Shown here in pieces: positions 1 to 9,132 of a DNA stretch of 64,000 nucleotides (position 1 is its first letter; every line of letters begins with the position of its first letter). The stretch spans positions 1,216,001 to 1,280,000 of the forward strand of contig CBDCJV010000002.1 in assembly GCA_965217895.1 (NCBI GenBank), written 5' to 3'. Under the pieces are notes generated by a model. The model made no database searches. It was given only the letters and a program-made list of their open reading frames with translations, and was not told where the DNA came from. The position numbers were made by a program, and so were the translations under genes. The stretch comes from Waterburya sp. Its GTDB lineage: Bacteria; Cyanobacteriota; Cyanobacteriia; Cyanobacteriales; Xenococcaceae.

Positions 1-700
1 CCGATAAAGCTAACTGAACTGTTCTTAATTCTGGACGAGTAGTAAACACCAAGGGTTTAAATAAATCGTTCCATTCCCCAATAAAAGTAAAGAGAAATAA
101 AGTTACTAAAGCAGGACGAGATAATGGCAACATGATACGCATTAAAATCTGTAAACGATTAGCTCCATCTAATGCAGCAGCTTCTTCTAATTCGATAGGA
201 ATGCTAGCAAAATATTGACGCATTAGAAAAATACCAAATCCATTGGCTGCGGTTGGTAAAATTAATGACCAATAACTGTTAATTAAATGCGCCCATTTTA
301 AAATTACGAATATAGGTATGACTAATAGCTGAAAAGGAATAACTAAAGTAGCTAAAATTATTAATAATACTGCCTGTTGTCCTTTAAACTTTAATCTGGC
401 TAAAGCATATCCTGCCAAAGCAGAAGTAACTATTTGCAAAGCAGTTACCCCCAAAGCCACTAGAGTAGAATTAGCAAAAGCTAATAAAAAATTACCCCGA
501 TGCCAAGCTGCTTGATAATTAGCAAAAGTCAAGCTACCTTTAGGTGAGGTGAAAGAGCTTTTTATGACAACCAACAAAGGAAATAAAACAACTATTGCTC
601 CAACTAATAAAACCAATAAAATTAATACATTGACTCGTGAAATATTTACTAGAGAAAATGGCAAAGAGGTTTTGTCTATTTCGAGCGATCGCTGTTTCAT
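1..700 (-). CDS. Carbohydrate ABC transporter permease (3' end runs off window)
   Basis: Not in ORF track. Manual minus-strand translation from ATG at 700: MKQRSLEIDK...LAGYALARLKF...IPIELEEAAALDGANRLQILMRIMLPLSRPAL, containing the EAA---G permease loop. Confidence 0.85.
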   Translation of the reverse strand, partial: MKQRSLEIDKTSLPFSLVNISRVNVLILLVLLVGAIVVLFPLLVVIKSSFTSPKGSLTFANYQAAWHRGNFLLAFANSTLVALGVTALQIVTSALAGYALARLKFKGQQAVLLIILATLVIPFQLLVIPIFVILKWAHLINSYWSLILPTAANGFGIFLMRQYFASIPIELEEAAALDGANRLQILMRIMLPLSRPALVTLFLFTFIGEWNDLFKPLVFTTRPELRTVQLALS

Positions 701-900
701 AAATAAACAAACTTGAAAAATCCTTAATTAATTTAAAAAATGGTTTGGGCAACTAATAAATAATTGCTATTTTATTATTTCTCATCTCTTATCTTTTCAT
801 AAGTTAATCATCTAAAATCGTGTAATACTGATCTCCATAAGTAAATACCCTTTTTTAAGTATTTAAGAGGGGGATATTTTATGGCAATTTTCTACTGAAC

Positions 901-1911
901 ATGAGTAAACAGCGAGTCTTATCTGGAATTCAAACTACTGGTAACCTACATTTGGGCAATTATTTGGGTGCAATCCGTAACTGGGTCGAAATACAGCAGG
1001 ACTATGATAATTTCTTCTTTTTTGCCGATCTTCACGCTATTACCGTACCCCATGATGCCAAAATTTTAGCAGCCAACACCTTCAATTTAGCAGCAATATA
1101 TCTAGCTTGTGGTATTGATTTAAACTGCTCAACTATTTTTGTGCAGTCTCATGTATCTGCTCATACTGAACTTGCGTGGCTGCTTAACTGCGTTACTCCC
1201 CTTAACTGGTTAGAAAGAATGATTCAGTTTAAGGAAAAAGCTGTAAAACAAGGTGAAAACGTCGGTGTAGGTTTATTAGACTATCCTGTGCTAATGGCAG
1301 CAGATATATTACTTTACGATGCGGACAAAGTACCTGTAGGCGAAGATCAAAAACAGCATTTAGAACTAACTAGAGATATTGCAGGTAGGGTTAACGATCG
1401 ATTCGCTAAGAAAAAACAATTAGTCTTAAAAGTACCCGAACCCATGATCCGCAAAGAAGGCGCAAGGGTAATGAGTCTTACGGATGGGACAAAAAAAATG
1501 TCCAAGTCCGATCCTTCAGAATTAAGTCGCATCGATTTACTCGATCCTCCTGATGCAATTAAGAAAAAGATCAAAAAGTGTAAGACAGATCCCGTAAAGG
1601 GATTGGTATTTGATGATCCAGAGCGTCCTGAATGTCATAACCTGCTTACTTTGTATCAGCTTTTGGGCAATAAAACCAAACAAGAAGTAGCAGCAGAATG
1701 TCAAGATATGGGATGGGGTCAATTTAAACCTCTGCTAACAGAAACTACCGTTGAGGCTCTAAAACCAATTCAAGACAAATATAATGAATTAATGGATAAT
1801 CAAGATTATCTTAATTCTGTTTTGCGAGATGGTGCAGCCAAAGCCAGTAATGTAGCCAACCAAACCCTAACCAGAGTCAAAGATGCTATGGGTTTTTTAT
1901 CTCCTATGTAG
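901..1911 (+). CDS. trpS: Tryptophan--tRNA ligase
   Basis: HLGN (HIGH) and KMSKS motifs, VPVGEDQKQHLE. Confidence 0.98.
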   Translation: MSKQRVLSGIQTTGNLHLGNYLGAIRNWVEIQQDYDNFFFFADLHAITVPHDAKILAANTFNLAAIYLACGIDLNCSTIFVQSHVSAHTELAWLLNCVTPLNWLERMIQFKEKAVKQGENVGVGLLDYPVLMAADILLYDADKVPVGEDQKQHLELTRDIAGRVNDRFAKKKQLVLKVPEPMIRKEGARVMSLTDGTKKMSKSDPSELSRIDLLDPPDAIKKKIKKCKTDPVKGLVFDDPERPECHNLLTLYQLLGNKTKQEVAAECQDMGWGQFKPLLTETTVEALKPIQDKYNELMDNQDYLNSVLRDGAAKASNVANQTLTRVKDAMGFLSPM

Positions 1912-1963
1912 ACGTAAATAATTAAACCGTTTAGAATACCAAAACCAAAAATCACCAATTCTA

Positions 1964-2860
1964 ATGACGAGTAATCTCCAGCAAGCCGTACTCAATCAAG
2001 ATTTTTTAGTCACTGCCGAAGTTGCTCCTCCAAAAGGAGGAAACCCTGCCAGAATGTTAGAGGTGGCAGAAAAACTAAAAGGGAGAGTTCACGCAGTCAA
2101 CGTTACTGATGGTAGTCGTGCCGTACTAAGAATGTCTTCTGTGGCTGCTTCGGTTATTCTTCAACAGAATGGTATTGAGCCAGTATGTCAGGTAGCCTGT
2201 CGCGATCGCAACTGTATTGGCTTGCAGGCAGATCTTATGGGTGCTTATGCTTTGGGTATCCGCAATATTTTGGCACTTACTGGAGATCCGATTAAGGCTG
2301 GCGATCACGCGAAATCTAGGGGAGTTTTTGAACTAGAATCGGTCAGGCTGCTAAAATTAATTAGTAAGCTAAACAGTGGATTTGACTTTAACGACAAAGC
2401 AATGCCAGATGAACCTTTAGATCTGTTTCCTGGTGCTGCTGTCGATCCGCAGTTAAAAAGCGTATCTGGTTTACAAAAAAGATTTGAAAAGAAACTAGAA
2501 GCTGGGGCAGAATTTTTTCAAAGTCAAATGATTACCGATTTTGACAAATTAGATAAATTTATGAGCCAGATTGCCTGTGTCAGCAATAAACCCATCTTGG
2601 CTGGCATATTTCTCTTGAAATCAGCTAAAAATGCTCAATTTATCAATAAATATGTGCCAGGGGTAGACATACCCGAATCTACAATTGAACGCTTGGGTAA
2701 TGCCGACAGTCCACTTCAAGAAGGGGTCAAAATTGCAGCCGAACAAGTTAAGTTAGCCAAAACTATATGCCAAGGAGTTCACCTGATGGCAGTCAAGCGA
2801 GAAGACTTAATTCCTGAAATACTAAGTCTGGCAGGAATTGAACCTATAGCGGTAAAATAG
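1964..2860 (+). CDS. metF: Methylenetetrahydrofolate reductase
   Basis: TAEVAPPKG, CRDRN, LALTGDP, KKLEAGAEFFQSQ. Confidence 0.92.
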   Translation: MTSNLQQAVLNQDFLVTAEVAPPKGGNPARMLEVAEKLKGRVHAVNVTDGSRAVLRMSSVAASVILQQNGIEPVCQVACRDRNCIGLQADLMGAYALGIRNILALTGDPIKAGDHAKSRGVFELESVRLLKLISKLNSGFDFNDKAMPDEPLDLFPGAAVDPQLKSVSGLQKRFEKKLEAGAEFFQSQMITDFDKLDKFMSQIACVSNKPILAGIFLLKSAKNAQFINKYVPGVDIPESTIERLGNADSPLQEGVKIAAEQVKLAKTICQGVHLMAVKREDLIPEILSLAGIEPIAVK

Positions 2861-2932
2861 GTCACTTCACTTCGGTTATTTTTGCCCACTAATCGCAACT
2901 CCCGTATCGCCTATAGAACTTTGATTGAACGA

Positions 2933-3484
2933 ATGAATAAATCTTGCAAGTCATCTGAGGTATTAGAGTTTTGGTTTTCTGAAAAAGTTAAACCGCTATG
3001 GTTTAAGAAAAGTGCAGAATTTGATCGAGAAATTGAAGCACGTTTTATTAATACTTATCTAATGGCAAAAACGGGTACATTAGATGATTGGAAAAGTAAT
3101 CCTCATGATGCACTGGCTTTAATTATTGTCTTAGATCAATTTCCTCGCAATATTTTTCGGGATACACCACAAGCATTTGTCACAGACAATAAGGCAGTTC
3201 AATTAACAAGATTTGCTGTTAATAATAACTATCAGCAAAGTTTATCAACAGATCGGCAGATATTTCTTTATATGCCTCTGATGCACAGCGAAAACAAAGT
3301 AGATCAGGCTAAATGTGTCAAGCTTTTTAGCGAATTGGGTAAAGAAGATAATCTTAAATTTGCCATTAAACATCAAGAGATTATCAATCGCTTTGGTCGT
3401 TTTCCCCACCGCAACAAAATATTAGGCAGAGAATCAACTTTAGCAGAGCAAGAGTTTTTGACACAACCTGGATCGAGTTTTTAA
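2933..3484 (+). CDS. DUF924 family protein
   Basis: LDQFPRNIFR, FLYMPLMHSE, RFGRFPHRNKILGRESTLAE; ATG at 2933 preferred over the TTG at 2882. Confidence 0.9.
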   Translation: MNKSCKSSEVLEFWFSEKVKPLWFKKSAEFDREIEARFINTYLMAKTGTLDDWKSNPHDALALIIVLDQFPRNIFRDTPQAFVTDNKAVQLTRFAVNNNYQQSLSTDRQIFLYMPLMHSENKVDQAKCVKLFSELGKEDNLKFAIKHQEIINRFGRFPHRNKILGRESTLAEQEFLTQPGSSF

Positions 3485-3496
3485 TTTGAACATTAA

Positions 3497-3560
3497 GTTT
3501 GTAGTTTGTAGTTAGTCGTTTGTAGTGAGAACAAAACTACCTACTACTTACTACCTAACA
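3497..3560. repeat. Degenerate heptamer tandem repeats (GTTTGTA / TACTAC type)
   Basis: agtttgtagtttgtagttagtcgtttgtagt...aactacctactacttactacc; related units at 28411-28465 and 41350-41378. Confidence 0.6.
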
Positions 3561-3696
3561 GTTAAATAATCTACTTGAACAAAATCTAGTATGAGTTAAG
3601 TTAAGTCAATAAAATCCTCCAAAATAATGACAAATCAGAAAAAGTGTGCGATACACGAAAGACAAATATAACAAAATGCGATCGCAATAGTTTTTA

Positions 3697-5130
3697 TTGG
3701 TTATGGAAGTACGTTTTTTAAGCAAGGTGTCATTGTTTTTGGCAGTCTTCGTCTTACCACAATTTATTCCCACCACTTCCACTTCTCAATCCCTACTCTG
3801 TTCGGCTGTACTGGCAGCAGATACCCAAGGTTTGGGTGAAAGTGGAGATGATGGAGAAGAGGGAGCAAAGGGTAATAATGGTCGCAATGGCGACAATTTA
3901 ACTGTGTTTGCCGATGGCACACCTATGACCTTAGATTTAACAGGTGGGGAAGGTGCTGCGGGGCAGCAGGGTATTCAAGGCTATGACGCTGAGTGTGAGC
4001 AACAAAAGGACAAAATAGATAAAAATCTCCAGGGTGCTGATGGGGGTGAAGGGGGCGATGGAGGCGACGGCGGAGTCGGCGGTAATGGTGGCTCTTTGAC
4101 TGTCTACACCACTAACAAAGAAAACTTAAAGCAGGTGTATGTAATTGCTGCGGGGGGAGAAGGCGGCGCACCAGGAAAAGCGGGAGTAGGAGGAGAAGGC
4201 TGCCATTGCGATCGCCCTTACTGGAATGAAGAAACTTGCGTTGGCAAGCCTGGAAGCCCTGATTATAATTGTACTACCGAAGAATTTCAATGTACCGATG
4301 GTGAATCAGGCAGAAAAGGACGCACTGGCAGAAAAGGGAGAGACGGTGAAATTGGCAATTTGACTCTAATTAATTTGGATAAGTCTCTCGATCCAGATTT
4401 ACCAGAAGTTACCGCGCCGATTAGTGAGTTAAAAGGCAGGGGCTATACTTTATCAAAAAATATTTGGCAGAACAAAAATAATGCTGCTTCTTTGCTTGCT
4501 CCTGGTTCAGTTATTGCTAACAAATATAAAGAATTAGTAGCTCGTCACGAACATACGGTATTGATAGTTTGGGATGCACCCCAGCCAGCCGAAAATTTTG
4601 ACGATCAGAATATGACTCTAGCTATTAAGGGACAAAATGACGCTGATATCTTTTTGCCTAAAGATCTGTGGTTAGAAACTAAAACAGAAAAACAGAATAA
4701 AGTAACCGAGCTGCATATTTTTAATGCTGTTCGCACTAAAGATGTTGACGATCTAACGATAGATGGTTTATTTGGACAAGGAGCAGATTTAGAGCTAGAT
4801 GTTTATGACAAAGCTGAACAGTCTAATTTAATCAGCACTGATTTTACGATTAGATACAGCGTGGGCGAAAAGTCAGAAAAGAAAAACTTTTTTGGTGGTA
4901 GTACTACCGAATATAAAACTAAATATGAGGGAAAAGTTCCGACTCAAGCGATCGCCAAAAACGGCAATTTATTTACCTTGCAGTTAGGCAAGTTACCTAT
5001 TCCTCCCCAATACCTAAAACCAGGCTTAAAAGTAGAAATAGAAGTAGCTGCAAAACGCTCTTTAGCAGATAACTCCCTAGTTAAAAAACTGTCTACCCGT
5101 ACTGAGATTGAGGGAGCAAATCGTTCTTAA
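3697..5130 (+). CDS. Secreted collagen-like (Gly-X-Y repeat) protein
   Basis: Hydrophobic N-terminus; several G-x-x runs (GESGDDGEEGAKGNNGRNG; GGEGGDGGDGGVGGNGG) interleaved with Cys-containing segments. Confidence 0.75.
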   Translation: MVMEVRFLSKVSLFLAVFVLPQFIPTTSTSQSLLCSAVLAADTQGLGESGDDGEEGAKGNNGRNGDNLTVFADGTPMTLDLTGGEGAAGQQGIQGYDAECEQQKDKIDKNLQGADGGEGGDGGDGGVGGNGGSLTVYTTNKENLKQVYVIAAGGEGGAPGKAGVGGEGCHCDRPYWNEETCVGKPGSPDYNCTTEEFQCTDGESGRKGRTGRKGRDGEIGNLTLINLDKSLDPDLPEVTAPISELKGRGYTLSKNIWQNKNNAASLLAPGSVIANKYKELVARHEHTVLIVWDAPQPAENFDDQNMTLAIKGQNDADIFLPKDLWLETKTEKQNKVTELHIFNAVRTKDVDDLTIDGLFGQGADLELDVYDKAEQSNLISTDFTIRYSVGEKSEKKNFFGGSTTEYKTKYEGKVPTQAIAKNGNLFTLQLGKLPIPPQYLKPGLKVEIEVAAKRSLADNSLVKKLSTRTEIEGANRS

Positions 5131-5139
5131 TCAAAGTTT

Positions 5140-5925
5140 TTAGTTTTTAGTTTTTAGTTCTAGGTTCTCAGAAATGCTTTTAATTGCTACGGCGATCGCT
5201 TGTTGAACAGTTTTATCTTTATCGGCTATAACTATATTCTCAGCCTCGGTACGTTGTGCCACTACCGCACAGACACAAGCAGCAGCAAAACCATAGACTC
5301 CAGCCATCTTGAATAGAGTTCCTGTTTCCATTTCATAATTCAAAATATTGAGATAACGATAGGTAGCAGTAATTCCTTTTAGCCAGGGTTGAAGATGGGG
5401 ATTAGCCGAAGATTCTGTTCTTTCTTGTCCTTCGTAAAAGGTATCTACTGAAGCGGTAATACCCAAGTGACAGGGAATTTCTAAACGACGGGCAGTTTCC
5501 ATCAAAGCCACTGTCAAATAAGGATCTCCCACGGCAGGGTATTCCACAGGAGCAATATCCAAAGCTGCACCTTGACGACATAAAGCTGCTTGAGATACAA
5601 CAAGGCTACCAACTTTTACGGTGGGCTGAATCGAACCACAAGTACCAACTCGAATAAACTGTTTGATGCCGACTTTAACTAGTTCATTTACTACAATACT
5701 TAAAGAAGATCCCCCCATTCCGCTAGTAGCGATTAAGATGGGTCTACCATTAGGCAGATTACCTAAATAACTATGAAGTCCTCGATATTCTGAAAGAAGT
5801 TTAACATTTTGTAAATAAGTCTGAGCGATGTATTGCGATCGCTCTGGTTCTCCAGATAACAGTACAGTCTGGGGCGCGTCAATACCAAGATCTGACTGGC
5901 TAAAGCCAATATGATAAAGTTTCAT
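5140..5925 (-). CDS. Uridine/nucleoside phosphorylase
   Basis: SGEPERS, IRVGTCG, VDTFYEGQER, NYEMET motifs of the PNP/UDP family. Confidence 0.9.
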   Translation of the reverse strand: MKLYHIGFSQSDLGIDAPQTVLLSGEPERSQYIAQTYLQNVKLLSEYRGLHSYLGNLPNGRPILIATSGMGGSSLSIVVNELVKVGIKQFIRVGTCGSIQPTVKVGSLVVSQAALCRQGAALDIAPVEYPAVGDPYLTVALMETARRLEIPCHLGITASVDTFYEGQERTESSANPHLQPWLKGITATYRYLNILNYEMETGTLFKMAGVYGFAAACVCAVVAQRTEAENIVIADKDKTVQQAIAVAIKSISENLELKTKN

Positions 5926-6028
5926 TTTTAAATCTAGACTATAAACTCAAAACTATTAATTAACTAGCAAATCCATGTCAGTTAGCACTGATTGTTGATT
6001 ACTAATTACTATTGACTGATACTAAACG

Positions 6029-8017
6029 ATGGTAACTCTCGAAAAATATTCCGTAATTGTCTCTAGCTGTAAAAATAGTCCCATAGGAAAACATTTGCCC
6101 AATGCGCTGTATGTACATAGTGATGCTCTTTTGCATCTCGATCCTCTCCTAAAAGACTATGAGCGTCAGGCAAGAAGCCTAGTAGAAAATACTGACAACG
6201 CTACTATCATCAAATTTGGTATAGATCGTCCTAAAATTTCTTATTTATATTATCCAGACTTTGACCTCGATCCTCATCCTCAACTACACCAAAGTGTTGT
6301 GGTAGATTTAATCAGCGAACAGGTAACAGTCCGACAGTATCATAATTCTCATAATCCGCCAATTCTCCATCGCAAAGAAACCTTTATTACCGCCGATTAT
6401 CCTAATTATCAAACCTTCGCCGAATTAACTGAAGCAGAAGTAGCTTTAGGCTTATTAGATAACTCCCGTCACATTGGTACTTTGCAGGAGTGGACACGCT
6501 TATTACTACAACAGGGAATATGTATTGTGAATCATTATCTGGCTTGTCCCGTGGACTCTCCCCTTGCCAAACAGCAAACTGTCTTAATTGAAAGGCATAA
6601 AGCAGCTTTAAAACGCTCAGAATTATCTCGCCCTGTAAGGGTTGCCTTGGAAGCAGATTTATTTACGCCAGGGGCAACCTTTTTTGATTATGGTTGTGGT
6701 TGTGGAGAAGACGTAAAGCGCATTGCTGAACTGGGTTATGATAGTTCAGGCTGGGATCCTTATTATCGCCCTGATGCTCAAACAAAGTCGGCTGACATTG
6801 TTAATCTAGGTTATATTATCAATGTGATTGAGGATATGGTCGAACGACGAGAGGTTCTGCTTAATGCTTGGGAATTAACTCAGCAGGTGTTGATAGTTTC
6901 GGCGCAAGTCCTGGTTGACGATCGCCGTCGTGGTCTAATTGCCTACGGCGATGGCGTAGTTACTAACCGTAATACCTTCCAAAAATATTACGAACAGGAA
7001 GAACTAAAGCTATACATAGAGCAAGTATTAGGGGCTGAAGCAATTCCTGGGGGCTTGGGCATTTATCTTGTATTTCGTCACGAAGATCGAGCAGAATCTT
7101 TTCGTGCTATCCGCGTATATTCTCGCCTGAGTACTCCTAGGGTTCAAGCTCAAGTTAGAAATTTTGATGACTATCGAGAGTTGCTAACTCCTTTAATGGA
7201 TTTCTATACTAAAAGGGGTCGCTTACCAATCAAAGGCGAAATTGCTTCAGAAACCGCGATCAAAGCCGAATTTCGCAGCTATCAGCGGGCATTCAAGGTA
7301 ATCTTACAGGCTACAGATAGAAAAGAATGGGAGGAGATCGCCGAAAAACGTCGCCAAGATCTCTTAGTCTATTTAGCATTGGGCAAATTTAGTGGTCGTC
7401 CTACCATCAGAAAGCTAGCACCTGAAGTCAAAGCCGATGTCAAAGCTTTGTTTGGTAACTATAAACAAGCCTGTACTATAGCCGATTTCTTACTAGTTCA
7501 AGTAGGAGACATGAAGAAAATCGCTAACCTCTGTGAAACTAGCAACATTGGTAAACAGCTAAATGATGCGATCGCCGTTCACGTTAGCGCACTCGAAAAA
7601 CTGCCTCCCTTACTACGACTATATGAAGGCTGTGCTAGTCGCAATTTCTACCGCTTAGAAAACGCCAACATTGTCAAACTATACTACAACAAGCCAAAAA
7701 TAACCTACCTAGTTTATCCAGAATTTGACACTAAAGCCCATCCTGCTTTACAGGCAACAATGGAAGTAGATTTACACAATCTATCTGTCACCTATCATGA
7801 TATTTCTGATGAGACTAACCCGCTAATTCTGCATCAAAAAGACACCTTAGTTGCGCCAGACTATCCTAGTTACAACAAATTCGTTCGACTAACCAAAAAA
7901 GAACAAAAATCAGGCTTACTAGAAAATACAGATGCTATTCGTCGTCTTCATGGCTGGATGCGCTGTCTTAGAGAACATGAAGTGAAGATTGAAGGACACA
8001 AACTTAGTAATCAATGA
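6029..8017 (+). CDS. DNA phosphorothioation-associated putative methyltransferase
   Basis: IERHKAALKR..LSRP, FFDYGCGCGED (SAM motif), GWDPYY, NLGYIINVIE, TFQKYYEQEEL; duplicated N/C-terminal domain. Confidence 0.8.
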   Translation: MVTLEKYSVIVSSCKNSPIGKHLPNALYVHSDALLHLDPLLKDYERQARSLVENTDNATIIKFGIDRPKISYLYYPDFDLDPHPQLHQSVVVDLISEQVTVRQYHNSHNPPILHRKETFITADYPNYQTFAELTEAEVALGLLDNSRHIGTLQEWTRLLLQQGICIVNHYLACPVDSPLAKQQTVLIERHKAALKRSELSRPVRVALEADLFTPGATFFDYGCGCGEDVKRIAELGYDSSGWDPYYRPDAQTKSADIVNLGYIINVIEDMVERREVLLNAWELTQQVLIVSAQVLVDDRRRGLIAYGDGVVTNRNTFQKYYEQEELKLYIEQVLGAEAIPGGLGIYLVFRHEDRAESFRAIRVYSRLSTPRVQAQVRNFDDYRELLTPLMDFYTKRGRLPIKGEIASETAIKAEFRSYQRAFKVILQATDRKEWEEIAEKRRQDLLVYLALGKFSGRPTIRKLAPEVKADVKALFGNYKQACTIADFLLVQVGDMKKIANLCETSNIGKQLNDAIAVHVSALEKLPPLLRLYEGCASRNFYRLENANIVKLYYNKPKITYLVYPEFDTKAHPALQATMEVDLHNLSVTYHDISDETNPLILHQKDTLVAPDYPSYNKFVRLTKKEQKSGLLENTDAIRRLHGWMRCLREHEVKIEGHKLSNQ

Positions 8018-8079
8018 ATAATAATTACTATTTAGTCTGGTGAGCATGAGCGATCGCCCACAAAACTGTTGGTGAGCCG

Positions 8080-8292
8080 ATGTACCAAGAAAATCGCTTC
8101 AATTCCTTTTCCACTCATTTCCTAAAGATAATGACGCTCTTTTTTACCCCGATAGACTACACGGCATTAAAACCTCGCCAGAAAGAAAACTACAAGTTTC
8201 AGAAGGTTTCGGCTGTTCTCGCTGATTATGGTTTCGCCACAATTCGACTGTCTGATGACTGGCAGGGTATTGACGCTGAAGCTAGCGTTTGA
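8080..8292 (+). pseudogene. Probable truncated hypothetical protein (possible nuclease-fold fragment)
   Basis: RQKENYKFQKVSAVLADYGFATIRLSDDWQG resembles the N-terminal part of a conserved hypothetical family, then stops abruptly. Confidence 0.45.
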
Positions 8293-8393
8293 CGTAACTT
8301 CTAATGCAGATAACCACCAAATGTGCTTAAGCGGGCGAGTCATTTTTTGATGGTTGCTTTACTCCGCCCACATAGCGATTCGGAGCGTTACGT
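8292..8393 (+). other. attC-like imperfect palindrome
   Basis: ACGTAAC (8292-8298) right at the ORF stop and its exact complement GTTACGT (8387-8393); internal GCGGGCGAGT/ACTCCGCCC complementarity. Confidence 0.4.
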
Positions 8394-8443
8394 TTTAAGT
8401 GATGGCACTAGTTTAAGAGTTACTCGTTTTCTCAGAAAGCGTA

Positions 8444-8473
8444 TTGACAATGTAAATACGTTTTACTTATACT
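8444..8473 (+). promoter_or_regulatory. Sigma70-type promoter of the TA operon with palindrome in the spacer
   Basis: TTGACA (8444-8449), 18 nt spacer, TATACT (8468-8473); GTAAA-N5-TTTAC at 8452-8466. Confidence 0.7.
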
Positions 8474-8480
8474 ACAAAGT

Positions 8481-8777
8481 ATGGATGTGTATTTCGTGCT
8501 GAATGGCATCACTTTTGTTTGGAACGACGAGAAGGAACAAAGCAACCCTGGTAAACATAATAGAATTACGTTCCAGCAAGCTGCGGAAGCCTTCTTTGAC
8601 CCCTTTCTTATTGTGGTTGATGCAAGTCGCAACAATCAAACAAGAGAAGCGGTAATTGGTATGGATCGCCAATGGAATTTGTTGTACGTGGTTCATATTG
8701 AAAGCAAGGAAAGTGTCATTCGGATTATCTCTGCCCGTAAAGCAACCCCACAAGAGCGAAAAGACTATGAAGATTGA
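8481..8777 (+). CDS. BrnT family ribonuclease toxin
   Basis: FVWNDEKEQSN..KH..ITFQQAAEAFFDP...IRIISARKAT..ER. Confidence 0.88.
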   Translation: MDVYFVLNGITFVWNDEKEQSNPGKHNRITFQQAAEAFFDPFLIVVDASRNNQTREAVIGMDRQWNLLYVVHIESKESVIRIISARKATPQERKDYED

Positions 8778-9051
8778 AGCATTGAAAAAGCGATTAGACA
8801 AAAACCGTCCGATGACGAGTGTAACGATTCGGATTCCTGAAGATGTAGTAGAAGATTTAAAGCGGATTGCGCCGTTATTAGGCTTTTCAGGTTACCAGCC
8901 GTTGATTCGTGCTTACGTTGGTCAGGGATTGCGAACCGATTTAGAGCGATTCGAGAGCGAAACAGTAACAGCGTTGATCGCCAGCTTAAAGCGACGGGGT
9001 GTGAGCGAAGAAGTCATTGACCAAGCGTTGAGTGAAATTGTTCATAGCTAG
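8767..9051 (+). CDS. Cognate antitoxin (ribbon-helix-helix-like)
   Basis: Overlaps the toxin stop; SVTIRIPEDVVEDLKRIA...GYQPLIRAYV; start taken at ATG 8767 (MKIEALKK). Confidence 0.8.
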   Translation: MKIEALKKRLDKNRPMTSVTIRIPEDVVEDLKRIAPLLGFSGYQPLIRAYVGQGLRTDLERFESETVTALIASLKRRGVSEEVIDQALSEIVHS

Positions 9052-9132
9052 TCAAAGTAATTTGCTGTATGACGACGAGTCTGTTCATTGATAATCAACT
9101 TTATTACCTCCTTATCCTTTATCCCTCAAAAG

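Noticed and set aside
540..752. 70-aa minus-strand ORF in the track
   Set aside because: Out-of-frame overlap with the ABC permease starting at 700.
8656..8766. N-terminal extension of the antitoxin ORF in the track
   Set aside because: Overlaps the BrnT toxin in another frame; ATG 8767 gives the usual coupled arrangement.
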